Source: a bacterium GBS-1 (GTDB lineage: Bacteria > Synergistota > GBS-1). From it: a stretch of 64,000 bases of DNA. Location of the stretch: positions 142,792 through 206,791 of the forward strand of contig LEKQ01000001.1 of the NCBI GenBank assembly GCA_001443005.1, given 5' to 3'. Position 1 is the stretch's first letter. Every line of letters begins with the position of its first letter. The translations under genes and the position numbers were made by a program. Under the pieces are notes generated by a model. That model was not told where the DNA came from. It worked only from the letters and a program-made list of their open reading frames with translations, and did no database searches. Positions 37,635 to 47,384 of the stretch are shown in pieces.

Positions 37635-37985
37635 ATGAAGATTGAGGAGCTCAGGAAACTCAGAGAAAAGGTGAGGGAAGACCTTAAATTAAGGGAAGGA
37701 ATAGAACCTAGAGTAAAGATTATAGTTAGCATGGGGACATCTGGAATAGCTGCAGGAGCAAGAGAGGTATTAAAAGCCTTGTTAGACGAGGTAGCAAAGA
37801 GGGAATTAAAGGATGTGATTGTACTACAAACGGGAGAAAAGGGATTAGCATCAGCTGAACCAATAGTAGAGGTTGTTACTAAAGAGGCTACAATAACCTA
37901 CGGTAGAGTAACACCAGAAATCGCGAGAAAGATTGTTATTGAGCATGTGATAAACGGAAGGGTTCTATCCGAATATGTAATATAA
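37635..37985 (+). CDS. thioredoxin-like ferredoxin-fold protein (HndB-like), cysteine-free
   Basis: 116 aa with the HndB/NuoF N-terminal-domain pattern but no cysteines at all. Confidence 0.55.
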   Translation: MKIEELRKLREKVREDLKLREGIEPRVKIIVSMGTSGIAAGAREVLKALLDEVAKRELKDVIVLQTGEKGLASAEPIVEVVTKEATITYGRVTPEIARKIVIEHVINGRVLSEYVI

Positions 37986-37986
37986 C

Positions 37987-40900
37987 ATGACCCTTAAAGG
38001 AGGCGGTGAGAAATTGCCTAAGAGAACTGACCTTCTAATATGTTTGGGAGCGGGTTGCGTTTCCTCGGGCAGTGAGCTTATAAAGAAAAAGCTTGAAGAA
38101 AAAATAAGAGAAAAAGGACTTGAGAATGAAGTAAGAATTATAGGTACAGGTTGCATGGGTCCTTGTGAAAGGGGACCCGTTATAATGATATACCCAGAGG
38201 GGGTATTTTACCAGAGGATAACCTTAGAAGATGTCGACACTATCGTTGAACAGCATCTGCTTAAAGGGAAGATCGTTGAAAAGCTTCTCCCCAAGGAAGA
38301 ATTAGCCCCAAGCATTAAAGAAAAAGAAATTCCATTCTTCACCAAACAGAAGAAGATAGTTTTATCTAACTGCGGTATTATAGATCCAGAGAAGATAGAA
38401 GAATACATAGCGGTAAACGGATACGAAGCTTTAGCCCGCGTTCTTGAAGGCATGACTCCAGAGCAAGTTATAGCAGAAATAGAAAAGTCTGGATTAAGAG
38501 GCAGAGGTGGCGCCGGATTTCCTACAGGAGCTAAATGGAAGTTTGTGAGAAACGCCCAAGGCAAGCCTAAATTCGTCGTATGTAACGCTGACGAAGGAGA
38601 CCCGGGTGCCTTTATGGACAGAGCGGTATTGGAAGGAGACCCTCACGCTGTCTTAGAGGGAATGCTTATCGCCGCTTATGCCGTAGGAGCGGAGCAAGGG
38701 TACATCTACGTGAGAGCTGAGTATCCCTTAGCCATAAAGAGGCTTCAAATAGCTATAGACCAAGCTCGTAAGTACGGATTCTTAGGGAAGAACATACTGG
38801 ATACGGACTTCTCCTTTGATATAGAGCTCAGAATCGGAGCTGGAGCTTTCGTCTGTGGAGAGGAAACAGCTTTACTTGCCTCCATAGAGGGTAAAAGAGG
38901 CATGCCAAGATCAAAGCCTCCATTTCCAGCAACTCATGGACTTTGGGGTAAACCTACCTTGATAAACAACGTAGAAACCTATGCCAACGTGAGGCATATT
39001 ATACTTAACGGTGCAGACTGGTTTAGAAGTTTTGGAACCCCATCATCTCCTGGAACAAAAGTATTCGCCCTATCTGGAAAGGTTAGGAACACAGGCTTAA
39101 TAGAAGTTCCCATGGGGACAACTCTTGGAGAGATTGTTTTCGACATAGGGGGCGGAATAATAGGAGATAGAAAGTTTAAGGCTGCACAAACGGGAGGTCC
39201 TTCAGGAGGTTGCTTGACTGTTAAGCACCTTAACCTACCGTTAGATTATGAATCTGTGAAAGAAGCAGGAGCAATAGTTGGCTCAGGCGGACTCATAGTC
39301 GTCGATGAAACTACATGCATGGTTGAACTTGCTCGTTACTTTCTAGAATTCTGTCAAGAAGAATCCTGTGGCAAATGTACACCATGCAGAGTAGGAACTA
39401 AAAAGATGCTCGAGATCCTTGAAAGAATAATTCATGGAAAAGGAACACTTGAAGACTTAGATAGGCTTGAGGAAATTGGAATGTGGGTTCAGCAAACCGC
39501 TCTCTGTGGATTAGGGCAAACGGCTCCCAACCCAGTCCTAAGCACTCTTAAATACTTCAGAGACGAATATGAAGCACATATTATAGATAAAAGATGTCCA
39601 GCTGGGGTCTGTGCCGACCTATTTATAGCTCCTTGCGAAAACGCTTGCCCAGCTCACGTGGACGTCCCAGCCTACATAGCTCACATCTCAGAAGGGAGAT
39701 TCAAGGAGGCCTTCTACGTACACATAAAGAATAATCCGTTCCCATCGGTATGCGGTAGAGCTTGTCCAGCACGCTGTGAAAGCTATTGTAGAAGACTTCA
39801 GGTAGATGAATCCATAGCGATAAGACAGCTCAAGAGATTTATGGCAGATAAGGCTATTGAGGAAAAGTGGGAGCTTCCTAAACCTGAAAGATATAACGGC
39901 AAGAAAGTGGCCATAGTTGGAGCTGGTCCTGCAGGATTAAGCGCAGCTTACTTCCTCAACCTTAAAGGATATAAGGTCACCGTCTTCGAAGCCCTTCCTG
40001 AACCTGGAGGAACCCCTACTCACTATATCCCTGAATATCGTCTACCAAAGGAAATAATCCTGGAAGAGGTAAGAAGAATAGAGAGATCTGGAGTCGAGAT
40101 AAGGGTCAATCACCCAATAACTGATTTAGAAGCCCTTAGAAAAGACTATGACGCAGTTTTCTTAGCGTGTGGAAGCATGAAAGAGACGAAGCTTAACGTT
40201 CCTGGAGAGAACCTGAAGGGAGTCCTAAGTGGCATGGAATTCCTAGGTAAAGTCAAGAAGGGAGAGAAGCCAGATATAGGCAAGAAAGTAGTAGTCATAG
40301 GAGGAGGAAACACAGCTATCGATGCTGCAAGAACGGCTTGGAGATTGGGAGCAGACGTTCATGTTATCTATAGAAGAACGAGAGATGAAATGCCAGCCCT
40401 TCATGAAGAAATAGAGGAAGCAGAAAGAGAGGGAATAAAGTTCACGTTCCTTGCAACACCAGTTAAGTTCCTAGAGGAAGATGGAAGGGTTAGAGCTGTT
40501 AGATGTATAAGCATGAAACTTGGAGAGTTTGACTCAACTGGTAGAAGAAAACCCATACCGATAGAAAACTCGGAATTCGATGTAGAAGCTACAAGCGTCA
40601 TAGTAGCAGTTGGACAAAGAGCTGACCTCGCGTTTAAGGTAGATGGTCTTGAACTAACCAGTTGGGGAACTATAAAGGTTGACCTAAGAACGCTTAAAAC
40701 CTCCTTGGAAGGGGTCTTCGCAGGCGGAGATGTTGTTCGTGGACCTTCAACAATCGTAGAAGCTGTAGCTGATGGAAGGTTAGCAGCTTCAATGATAGAC
40801 AAATACCTTGGTGGAGATGGTATACTATGGTACGAAAGTAGGGAATCAGTGAAAACCACATATAATGAGGAAGAATATCTCAAAACCCAGCCAAGGAGAA

Positions 40901-41040
40901 AGCCTGTTATCCTACCAGTAGATAGAAGAAGGAACTTCGCTGAGGTAGAAAAAACTTTCTTTGAAGGACAAGCTGTGGAAGAAGCAAGAAGATGTTTACA
41001 CTGTGACATAAAAGAGGAGGTCTTATTAGAAGAGGGGTGA
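37987..41040 (+). CDS. NuoF-like flavoprotein fused to GltD-like NAD(P)H:FAD oxidoreductase (1017 aa)
   Basis: N-terminal 2Fe-2S Trx-like domain (CLGAGC...CMGPCERGP). NuoF core (GLRGRGGAGFPTG; ESCGKCTPCR). GltD-type Fe-S region (CPAHVD...CGRACPARCE). Two dinucleotide folds (VAIVGAGPAG; VVVIGGGNTAIDAA). Confidence 0.85.
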   Translation: MTLKGGGEKLPKRTDLLICLGAGCVSSGSELIKKKLEEKIREKGLENEVRIIGTGCMGPCERGPVIMIYPEGVFYQRITLEDVDTIVEQHLLKGKIVEKLLPKEELAPSIKEKEIPFFTKQKKIVLSNCGIIDPEKIEEYIAVNGYEALARVLEGMTPEQVIAEIEKSGLRGRGGAGFPTGAKWKFVRNAQGKPKFVVCNADEGDPGAFMDRAVLEGDPHAVLEGMLIAAYAVGAEQGYIYVRAEYPLAIKRLQIAIDQARKYGFLGKNILDTDFSFDIELRIGAGAFVCGEETALLASIEGKRGMPRSKPPFPATHGLWGKPTLINNVETYANVRHIILNGADWFRSFGTPSSPGTKVFALSGKVRNTGLIEVPMGTTLGEIVFDIGGGIIGDRKFKAAQTGGPSGGCLTVKHLNLPLDYESVKEAGAIVGSGGLIVVDETTCMVELARYFLEFCQEESCGKCTPCRVGTKKMLEILERIIHGKGTLEDLDRLEEIGMWVQQTALCGLGQTAPNPVLSTLKYFRDEYEAHIIDKRCPAGVCADLFIAPCENACPAHVDVPAYIAHISEGRFKEAFYVHIKNNPFPSVCGRACPARCESYCRRLQVDESIAIRQLKRFMADKAIEEKWELPKPERYNGKKVAIVGAGPAGLSAAYFLNLKGYKVTVFEALPEPGGTPTHYIPEYRLPKEIILEEVRRIERSGVEIRVNHPITDLEALRKDYDAVFLACGSMKETKLNVPGENLKGVLSGMEFLGKVKKGEKPDIGKKVVVIGGGNTAIDAARTAWRLGADVHVIYRRTRDEMPALHEEIEEAEREGIKFTFLATPVKFLEEDGRVRAVRCISMKLGEFDSTGRRKPIPIENSEFDVEATSVIVAVGQRADLAFKVDGLELTSWGTIKVDLRTLKTSLEGVFAGGDVVRGPSTIVEAVADGRLAASMIDKYLGGDGILWYESRESVKTTYNEEEYLKTQPRRKPVILPVDRRRNFAEVEKTFFEGQAVEEARRCLHCDIKEEVLLEEG

Positions 41041-41047
41041 TTAAAGC

Positions 41048-41512
41048 ATGATTGGAGAGATCCTGAAGAGGTTCGAGCCGAGGAGAGAGAATCTATTGGA
41101 TATACTTCATGCCATGCAAGAAGCATCACCCACCAACAGCCTTTCAAAAGAAGACATAGAAGCTGTTGCTAAGTATGTCGGTATAACACCAGCAGAAGTC
41201 TGGGGAACCGCTACATTTTACTCCATGTTCTCTGTCAAACCTAGAGGAAAGTACGTAATAAGGGTCTGTACCTCACCAGCTTGTCATCTATTAGGAGGAG
41301 AAAGCGTCTTAGAAGCACTTAAAAGGGAACTGGGAATCGATGTAGGAGAAACGACGAAGGACGGAGTTTTCACACTGGAAACCTCGAGCTGCTTAGGAAT
41401 TTGCGGTGTAGCTCCGGCTATGATGATAGATGAAATAGCATATGGGAACCTCACCCCTGAGAAAATTAAAGAGATAATTCTTAGCTATAGAAAGAGGGGA
41501 GAAGAATCATGA
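41048..41512 (+). CDS. NuoE/HydC-like [2Fe-2S] subunit (copy 2)
   Basis: CTSPACH...CLGICGVAPA four-Cys motif. Confidence 0.85.
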   Translation: MIGEILKRFEPRRENLLDILHAMQEASPTNSLSKEDIEAVAKYVGITPAEVWGTATFYSMFSVKPRGKYVIRVCTSPACHLLGGESVLEALKRELGIDVGETTKDGVFTLETSSCLGICGVAPAMMIDEIAYGNLTPEKIKEIILSYRKRGEES

Positions 41513-43074
41513 TAAGAATAGAAAGGGCGCATATTCTCGTCGGCATAGATCAGGGCTCGATCTTAGCTGGAGCAAGGGACGTCCAAAAAAAGCTCGAGGA
41601 AGAGATTAAAAAGCGCGGTCTTGAAACCGAAATAAGAGTCCTTGAAACGGGAAGCCTTGGAATAACAGGAAGGGGAGTCGTTCTTCTAGTTTACCCCGAA
41701 GGCGTATATTACGTTAACGTAAAAGTTGAGGATGTTCCAGAAATAGTGGAAGAACACCTGCTTAAGGGCAGATTCGTTAAACGTCTCATGCTCGAACCTC
41801 AACTGGCAGAAATCCTCGCTAAAGGAGAGTTTCCTAAAAAACTCTCAAAGCAAAAAAGGGTGGTTCTTCAAAATGCAGGTGTTATAAATCCAGACAGCAT
41901 AGAAGAATACATTGCTGTTGGAGGATACGAAGCTTTAGCTAAGGCTCTTGAGTCATCTCCAGAGTGGGTTATAAACGAAATAGATAACTCAGGCTTAAGA
42001 GGCAGAGGTGGTGCTGGATTCCCAACAGGGAAGAAATGGAAGTTCACTGCTGAAGTTAAAGCTCCTCAGAAGTTCATAATATGTAATGCAGATGAAGGAG
42101 AACCAGGTACTTTCAAAGATAGGCTTATACTTGAAGGTGATCCTCACAAGGTCCTTGAAGGCATGGCCATCGCAGGCTACGCAGTAGGTGCAAACAAGGG
42201 CTATCTCTATATAAGAGGTGAATATGACCTGTCTATTCGTAGGATAAGCAAAGCTATAGAAGATGCTTATAAGATGGGATTACTTGGTGATAACGTATTG
42301 GATAGCGGCTTTTCCTTCCATGTGGAAATTAAGAAGGGAGCAGGTGCCTATGTATGCGGAGAGGAAACGGCCTTAATAGAGTCTATAGAGGGGAAGAGGG
42401 GAAATCCTCGTCCCAAACCACCTTACTACCCTGGTATAAAGGGACTTTGGGGGTATCCTACAGTGGTAAATAACGTTGAAACCTTAGCTAATGTCCCTCC
42501 AATAATACTGAACGGAGCAAGTTGGTTTAAGAGTATGGGAACGAAGGAATCCCCAGGCACCAAGGTTTACACCATCTTAGGACATGTTAAAGAACCAGGG
42601 TTAATAGAAGTAGAAATGGGAACAACGCTTAGAGAAGTTATCTTTGAGTTTGGTAAGGGAATGAGAAATAATAGAGAATTCAAAGCTGCACTAATAGGGG
42701 GAGCGGCGGGAGCTTTCTTAGGGAAAGAAGCCCTTGATATCCCTCTATCCTATGAAGGTCTTAGGGAGTATGGGGGAGTCTTAGGATCAGGAGCTATCCT
42801 TGTGCTTGATGACTCGACATCAATCACCGATATGCTACAAAACGTGATATCCTTCTTCAAACATGAAAGTTGCGGGAAGTGTGTCCCGTGCCGAGTAGGA
42901 ATTACTAAGCTACTTGAAAGGATGGAGAAAGGTACCCTACTTGAAAAAGATCTCAAGGAAATGATAGAGATATCAGAAAAGATGGCCGATACAGCACTTT
43001 GTGCTTTAGGCCAATCGTTAATTCTTCCCGTATCAAGTGCAGTCCGTTTCTTCAAAGAAGAACTTACAGCATAG
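41509..43074 (+). CDS. NuoF/HydB-like NADH-binding flavoprotein subunit (copy 2)
   Basis: GLRGRGGAGFPTGKKW and ESCGKCVPCR. The N-terminal Trx-like domain lacks Cys and there is no C-terminal ferredoxin domain. Confidence 0.85.
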   Translation: MIRIERAHILVGIDQGSILAGARDVQKKLEEEIKKRGLETEIRVLETGSLGITGRGVVLLVYPEGVYYVNVKVEDVPEIVEEHLLKGRFVKRLMLEPQLAEILAKGEFPKKLSKQKRVVLQNAGVINPDSIEEYIAVGGYEALAKALESSPEWVINEIDNSGLRGRGGAGFPTGKKWKFTAEVKAPQKFIICNADEGEPGTFKDRLILEGDPHKVLEGMAIAGYAVGANKGYLYIRGEYDLSIRRISKAIEDAYKMGLLGDNVLDSGFSFHVEIKKGAGAYVCGEETALIESIEGKRGNPRPKPPYYPGIKGLWGYPTVVNNVETLANVPPIILNGASWFKSMGTKESPGTKVYTILGHVKEPGLIEVEMGTTLREVIFEFGKGMRNNREFKAALIGGAAGAFLGKEALDIPLSYEGLREYGGVLGSGAILVLDDSTSITDMLQNVISFFKHESCGKCVPCRVGITKLLERMEKGTLLEKDLKEMIEISEKMADTALCALGQSLILPVSSAVRFFKEELTA

Positions 43075-43089
43075 GAGGTGTTTAATACT

Positions 43090-44928
43090 GTGAGAGAGGT
43101 AAAACTCAAGATAGACGGAAAGGAAGTTATAGCAACAGAAGGCATGACAATACTTGAAGCAGCAAGAAAGGCTGGTTTTGAAATTCCTACTCTTTGCTAT
43201 CACGATGGATTATCTGCACATGGTGGATGCAGACTCTGTGTAGTCGAAGTTAAAGGTTCTCCAAGGCTTCTAACAAGCTGTACCACCCCTGTAACCAACG
43301 GAATGGAGGTATCTATAAACACAGACCGTGTTAAAGAGGCTCGTAAATTCGTAATGAACCTTATAATGACCGAAAGAAACCACTTCTGCATGTTCTGCGA
43401 AAAAAGCGGAAGATACGAAGAAACCGATTGTGAACTTCAAAAGAGAGCTTACGAAGTCCAGATAGAACACTTCCCGTTCCCAGTATATGTTAATAAATAT
43501 CCAATAGACACAACGTCACCAGTTATGGTAATGGACCACAACCGTTGCATACTCTGTGGCAGATGTGTTAGAGTCTGTTCGGAAGTCGTAGCTAACTCAA
43601 CCTTAGACTTCAGCTTCAGAGGTTCAAAAGCCTTGATAGCTTCAGATACAGGCTTGAACAGGGGGGAATCAAGCTGCATATCCTGTGGAGCTTGCATGCA
43701 AGTATGTCCTGCGGGAGCGTTGTTCAGCAAGTTTGGAGGATATAAAGGAAAGAAGAGCTTGTGCGAAAAGATAGAAACATTCTGCCCCATATGTGGTGTC
43801 GGTTGTGAAACAACCAACTATGTGCGTTATAACAACATAGTTGAGATAGAGGGAAGCGGTCTGGCTAAGGGAAACTTAGATGGAGGGCAGCTCTGCGAAA
43901 AAGGAAGATACGGTCCCTTGATGGAAACGAGGAACAGGATATCTCTTCCGCTCCTTAGGGATTCCAGAGGAAGATTTGTAGAAAGTAGCTACCAGGAAGC
44001 AATAAACAAAAGTATACAGCTGCTTAAAGCCTATTCCCCAGACAAGATAGTCTTCAGAGTCTCTTCCTTCCTACCAGCGGAAGACCTAGCCTACATAAAA
44101 GGGTTCGCTCTCAAGCTTGGAGTAAAAGATATAGACACCTTCGATGGAGAAATATATAGGAATTTGATATCTTTCGATTACCCTAAAGCGAACTACGAAG
44201 ACATCCTTAACTCAGACCTAATCATACTTGTGGGTGGCGACATTGTGAAAGAACATGGAGTGGTTGGATCTTACATAAGGAGAGCCGTTAGGAATAAAGG
44301 CGCTGAATTAATCATAATCTCTCCAGCAGAAAGCAAGATGGATAGATTCTCCAAGGAGGTAAGGAGAGTTGCGGAAGGCAGTGAAGGTTCAGTCGTCAAA
44401 GAATATGAGGAGAAAATAAGGAAAGCTTCTAACCCAGTGATAATTCTTGAGGGCGCTTATCTTCTTAAAAACAGGGAAGCAATAGAATCATGGCTTAAAT
44501 TCGCTGAAGCGTCAAAGGTTAAAACTCTACCTCTACCCCCCACAGGTAACAGCTTAGCAGCTTGGAAGCTAGGTATATCGTCTAAATCCAACGAGAATAC
44601 AGAATCCGGAAAACTTCTTTTCCTCATCCTCGGAGATATAGATTCTAGCTACTCACCCGCATCCTTAGCTGAGCTAGGCTTCGAAGCAATAATACTCCAT
44701 GGAGCTTATATAGACCCGATGATGAAGCTAGCTGATGTCGTTTTGCCTGGAAAAAGTTGGCTTGAAAATGAAGGAACATATAAGCTAATAAGCGGAGAAG
44801 TTAAGAAGTTTACGCCTATACTCCGGGCAGAAAAGGATGCGAAGAGCCCAAGGGAGCTACTTTCTGAGCTTGCAGACGCCTTAAGATTAGGTAAAATTGA
44901 TATAGATAGTTTAATTACAAGTTTGTAA
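43090..44928 (+). CDS. NuoG/HydA-like Fe-S subunit (2Fe-2S + 4Fe-4S N-terminus, truncated molybdopterin-like C-domain)
   Basis: CYHDGLSAHGGCRLCVV; CILCGRCVRVC; CISCGACMQVCP. No H-cluster motifs. GTG at 43090 has AGGAGGTG upstream; the track start at 43078 overlaps the SD. Confidence 0.8.
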   Translation: MREVKLKIDGKEVIATEGMTILEAARKAGFEIPTLCYHDGLSAHGGCRLCVVEVKGSPRLLTSCTTPVTNGMEVSINTDRVKEARKFVMNLIMTERNHFCMFCEKSGRYEETDCELQKRAYEVQIEHFPFPVYVNKYPIDTTSPVMVMDHNRCILCGRCVRVCSEVVANSTLDFSFRGSKALIASDTGLNRGESSCISCGACMQVCPAGALFSKFGGYKGKKSLCEKIETFCPICGVGCETTNYVRYNNIVEIEGSGLAKGNLDGGQLCEKGRYGPLMETRNRISLPLLRDSRGRFVESSYQEAINKSIQLLKAYSPDKIVFRVSSFLPAEDLAYIKGFALKLGVKDIDTFDGEIYRNLISFDYPKANYEDILNSDLIILVGGDIVKEHGVVGSYIRRAVRNKGAELIIISPAESKMDRFSKEVRRVAEGSEGSVVKEYEEKIRKASNPVIILEGAYLLKNREAIESWLKFAEASKVKTLPLPPTGNSLAAWKLGISSKSNENTESGKLLFLILGDIDSSYSPASLAELGFEAIILHGAYIDPMMKLADVVLPGKSWLENEGTYKLISGEVKKFTPILRAEKDAKSPRELLSELADALRLGKIDIDSLITSL

Positions 44929-44949
44929 TCATTTAAGGAGGAGATTAAG

Positions 44950-45489
44950 TTGGCTAAGGTAAGGGTTGCCACTACATGGCTCGAGTGTTGTTCAGGATGT
45001 CACATGTCCATTCTAGACTTGGATGAAAAATTAGTTGACTTACTATCCAAGATAGAGTTCGATGCAAGTCCAATAACAGATATAAAAGAGTTTGGCGAAG
45101 TAGATGTGGGAATAGTAGAGGGTTCTGTCGGAAATGAAGAACAACTTGAGGTGCTGAAGAAGATACGCGAAAAGGCCAAAATCCTTATAGCCCTTGGTGA
45201 TTGTGCTTGTTTCGGAGGCATACCTGCCATGAGGAATTTCTTCAACAAAGATGAGGTGCTAAAGAGGGTCTACATCGAAACTGAAAGCACTGTTAACCCA
45301 AGCAAGGTTATACCAAGCTTAGATGTTCCTAAGATATTTCCAAGCGTTAAATCTATAGATCAATTTGTTAAGGTTGACGTTTATATACCCGGATGCCCAC
45401 CAGACCCAAGAGCTATAGAATACGCTATAAAGGAGCTCCTTGAAGGCAAGATACCCGTATTACCGCCAGAGCTCTTATCGTATGAATGA
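44950..45489 (+). CDS. [NiFe]-hydrogenase small subunit (group 3, HoxY/HydS-like)
   Basis: WLECCSGCHMS proximal cluster motif and GDCACFGG. 179 aa. Confidence 0.9.
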   Translation: MAKVRVATTWLECCSGCHMSILDLDEKLVDLLSKIEFDASPITDIKEFGEVDVGIVEGSVGNEEQLEVLKKIREKAKILIALGDCACFGGIPAMRNFFNKDEVLKRVYIETESTVNPSKVIPSLDVPKIFPSVKSIDQFVKVDVYIPGCPPDPRAIEYAIKELLEGKIPVLPPELLSYE

Positions 45490-45504
45490 GGAGGTGCTTG
45501 TTCT

Positions 45505-46932
45505 GTGGAACAAAGGATAGAAGTTTTTCCCGTAACCAGAGTCGAGGGACATGGAAAGATAACAATTCATTTAAATGAATCAGGAAAAGTAGAAAAGACC
45601 TTCTTCCATGTAACCCAAATAAGAGGGTTCGAGAAGTTCTGCGAGGGAAGGGTCTTCTGGGAAATGCCTGTAATGACACAAAGAGCTTGTGGAATCTGTC
45701 CTGTAAGTCACCATCTTGCCTCAGCTAAGGCTACAGATAAGATCCTAGGAGTAGAGATACCACCGACAGCTAAAAAGCTCAGAGAGCTTATGCATATGGG
45801 GCAGTTAGTTCAATCTCATTCATTACACTTCTTCCATTTAGCAAGCCCAGATCTCTTACTGGGAATGGATGCTGATCCTAAAATAAGAAATATCGTAGGA
45901 GTGATAGAAAAACACCCCGATCTTGCTGTAAGAGGAGTTAAACTAAGAAAGTATGGACAAGAAGTAATAAAGACCCTTAGTGGGAAAAGGATTCATCCGC
46001 GCTTCGCTATACCAGGTGGGGTTAACAAAGGACTTTCCATAGAAGAAAGAGATATGCTTTTGAGAGACATAGATTGGGTAATAGATAGCCTTAGAGACAC
46101 GGTTAAGCTTATCAAAAATCTCGCTGAGAATTGGGGAGAAAGGTTCAGAAGGTTTGCTTCCTTCCCTTCTTTCTATATGGGGCTCGTTGATGAAAATGGG
46201 AATCTAGACCTATATCATGGCAAGATAAGGCTTTGTGACCATCGTGGAAGAATTATAGATGAGTTCAGCGAGGATAACTACCTTGAAAAGATAGGTGAAT
46301 GGGTTGAGCCTTGGTCTTACATGAAGTTTCCATTCTATAAAGAGCTTGGCTACCCAGAGGGAAGCTACAGAGTAGGTCCATTGGCAAGACTAAATTGCTG
46401 TGATGATATTTCCACTCCCTTAGCTAAAGAGGAACTAACAGCCTTTCGCCAAATGATAGGAGACAAGGTAGCAGAAGGGTCGCTATTCTACCACTATGCA
46501 AGAATGATAGAAGCTTTACATGCTGCTGAACGTTTAAAGGAACTCCTAGAAGACCCAGATATAACTGGGACAGAACTTCGAGCAGTAAGTAGAGAGTTCA
46601 AACCCGAGGGTATAGGAGTTTTAGAGGCACCCAGAGGAACCCTAATTCATCATTATAAGGTGAACGAAAACGGCGAAATAGTAAAGGCCAACCTAATAGT
46701 AGCGACGGTTCATAACAACCACGCCATGAACAAGGCCGTTGAACTTATAGCAAAAGAGTACATTAAGGGACCGGAGATAAAGGAAGGATTCCTAAACATG
46801 CTTGAGGTAGCGATAAGATGCTATGACCCATGCCTTTCATGCGCCACTCATGCTCTTGGAAAGATGCCTCTTCAGGTTATCATCTACGATGCTGAAGGTA
46901 ATAAGGTTAACGAGCTGGTGAGAAATCACTGA
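45505..46932 (+). CDS. [NiFe]-hydrogenase large subunit (group 3, HoxH/HydL-like)
   Basis: N-terminal RACGICPVSHH and C-terminal DPCLSCATH Ni-binding motifs. Confidence 0.95.
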   Translation: MEQRIEVFPVTRVEGHGKITIHLNESGKVEKTFFHVTQIRGFEKFCEGRVFWEMPVMTQRACGICPVSHHLASAKATDKILGVEIPPTAKKLRELMHMGQLVQSHSLHFFHLASPDLLLGMDADPKIRNIVGVIEKHPDLAVRGVKLRKYGQEVIKTLSGKRIHPRFAIPGGVNKGLSIEERDMLLRDIDWVIDSLRDTVKLIKNLAENWGERFRRFASFPSFYMGLVDENGNLDLYHGKIRLCDHRGRIIDEFSEDNYLEKIGEWVEPWSYMKFPFYKELGYPEGSYRVGPLARLNCCDDISTPLAKEELTAFRQMIGDKVAEGSLFYHYARMIEALHAAERLKELLEDPDITGTELRAVSREFKPEGIGVLEAPRGTLIHHYKVNENGEIVKANLIVATVHNNHAMNKAVELIAKEYIKGPEIKEGFLNMLEVAIRCYDPCLSCATHALGKMPLQVIIYDAEGNKVNELVRNH

Positions 46933-47384
46933 TTGCAGTAGTAGGATATGGAAACTACTTGAGAAAAGACGATGGCATAGGTCTGTGGCTTGGAAGCAGG
47001 TTAAGGCTAAAGTTTAAACAAAAAGTAAGAGTTTACCTTTTGCATCAGTTGGTACCTGAAATCGTTGAGGAGCTCAAGGAAGCCGATCACATAATATTCA
47101 TAGATGCTTCATCTTCAAATGAAGAGTGGTCATTAAGAAGGCTCAGTTTAGGGGAGGAAGAGTTTCAACCTCCCCTAAATTGTGATTTTCATACCTTCTA
47201 TCCGGAAGAGCTGGCTTATCTACTAAAAAGACTTTATGGGAAGAAGCCGGAAATCTGGATATTAAGCGTGAAAGGTGAGAATTTTTCTTTTGGGGCTGGC
47301 TTAAGCTTAAATGCACGAAGATTGGCAAAGGAAGCAGAAAACCTGCTTGAGGGATTGATAAGGGTGAAACTAAAAGATGCATGA
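46929..47384 (+). CDS. hydrogenase maturation endopeptidase (HoxW/HycI family); apparent CTG start overlapping hoxH stop
   Basis: The conserved N-terminus IAVVGYGNYLRKDDGIG lies upstream of the first TTG/ATG. In-frame CTG at 46929 is embedded in CTGA with the large-subunit stop. Confidence 0.7.
   Translation: MIAVVGYGNYLRKDDGIGLWLGSRLRLKFKQKVRVYLLHQLVPEIVEELKEADHIIFIDASSSNEEWSLRRLSLGEEEFQPPLNCDFHTFYPEELAYLLKRLYGKKPEIWILSVKGENFSFGAGLSLNARRLAKEAENLLEGLIRVKLKDA

Noticed and set aside
40401-41147. 248-aa minus-strand ORF inside the NuoF::GltD and NuoE2 genes
   Set aside because: It lies antisense to two strongly supported CDSs and its translation is Ser/Leu-rich and low-complexity. This is a typical shadow ORF.
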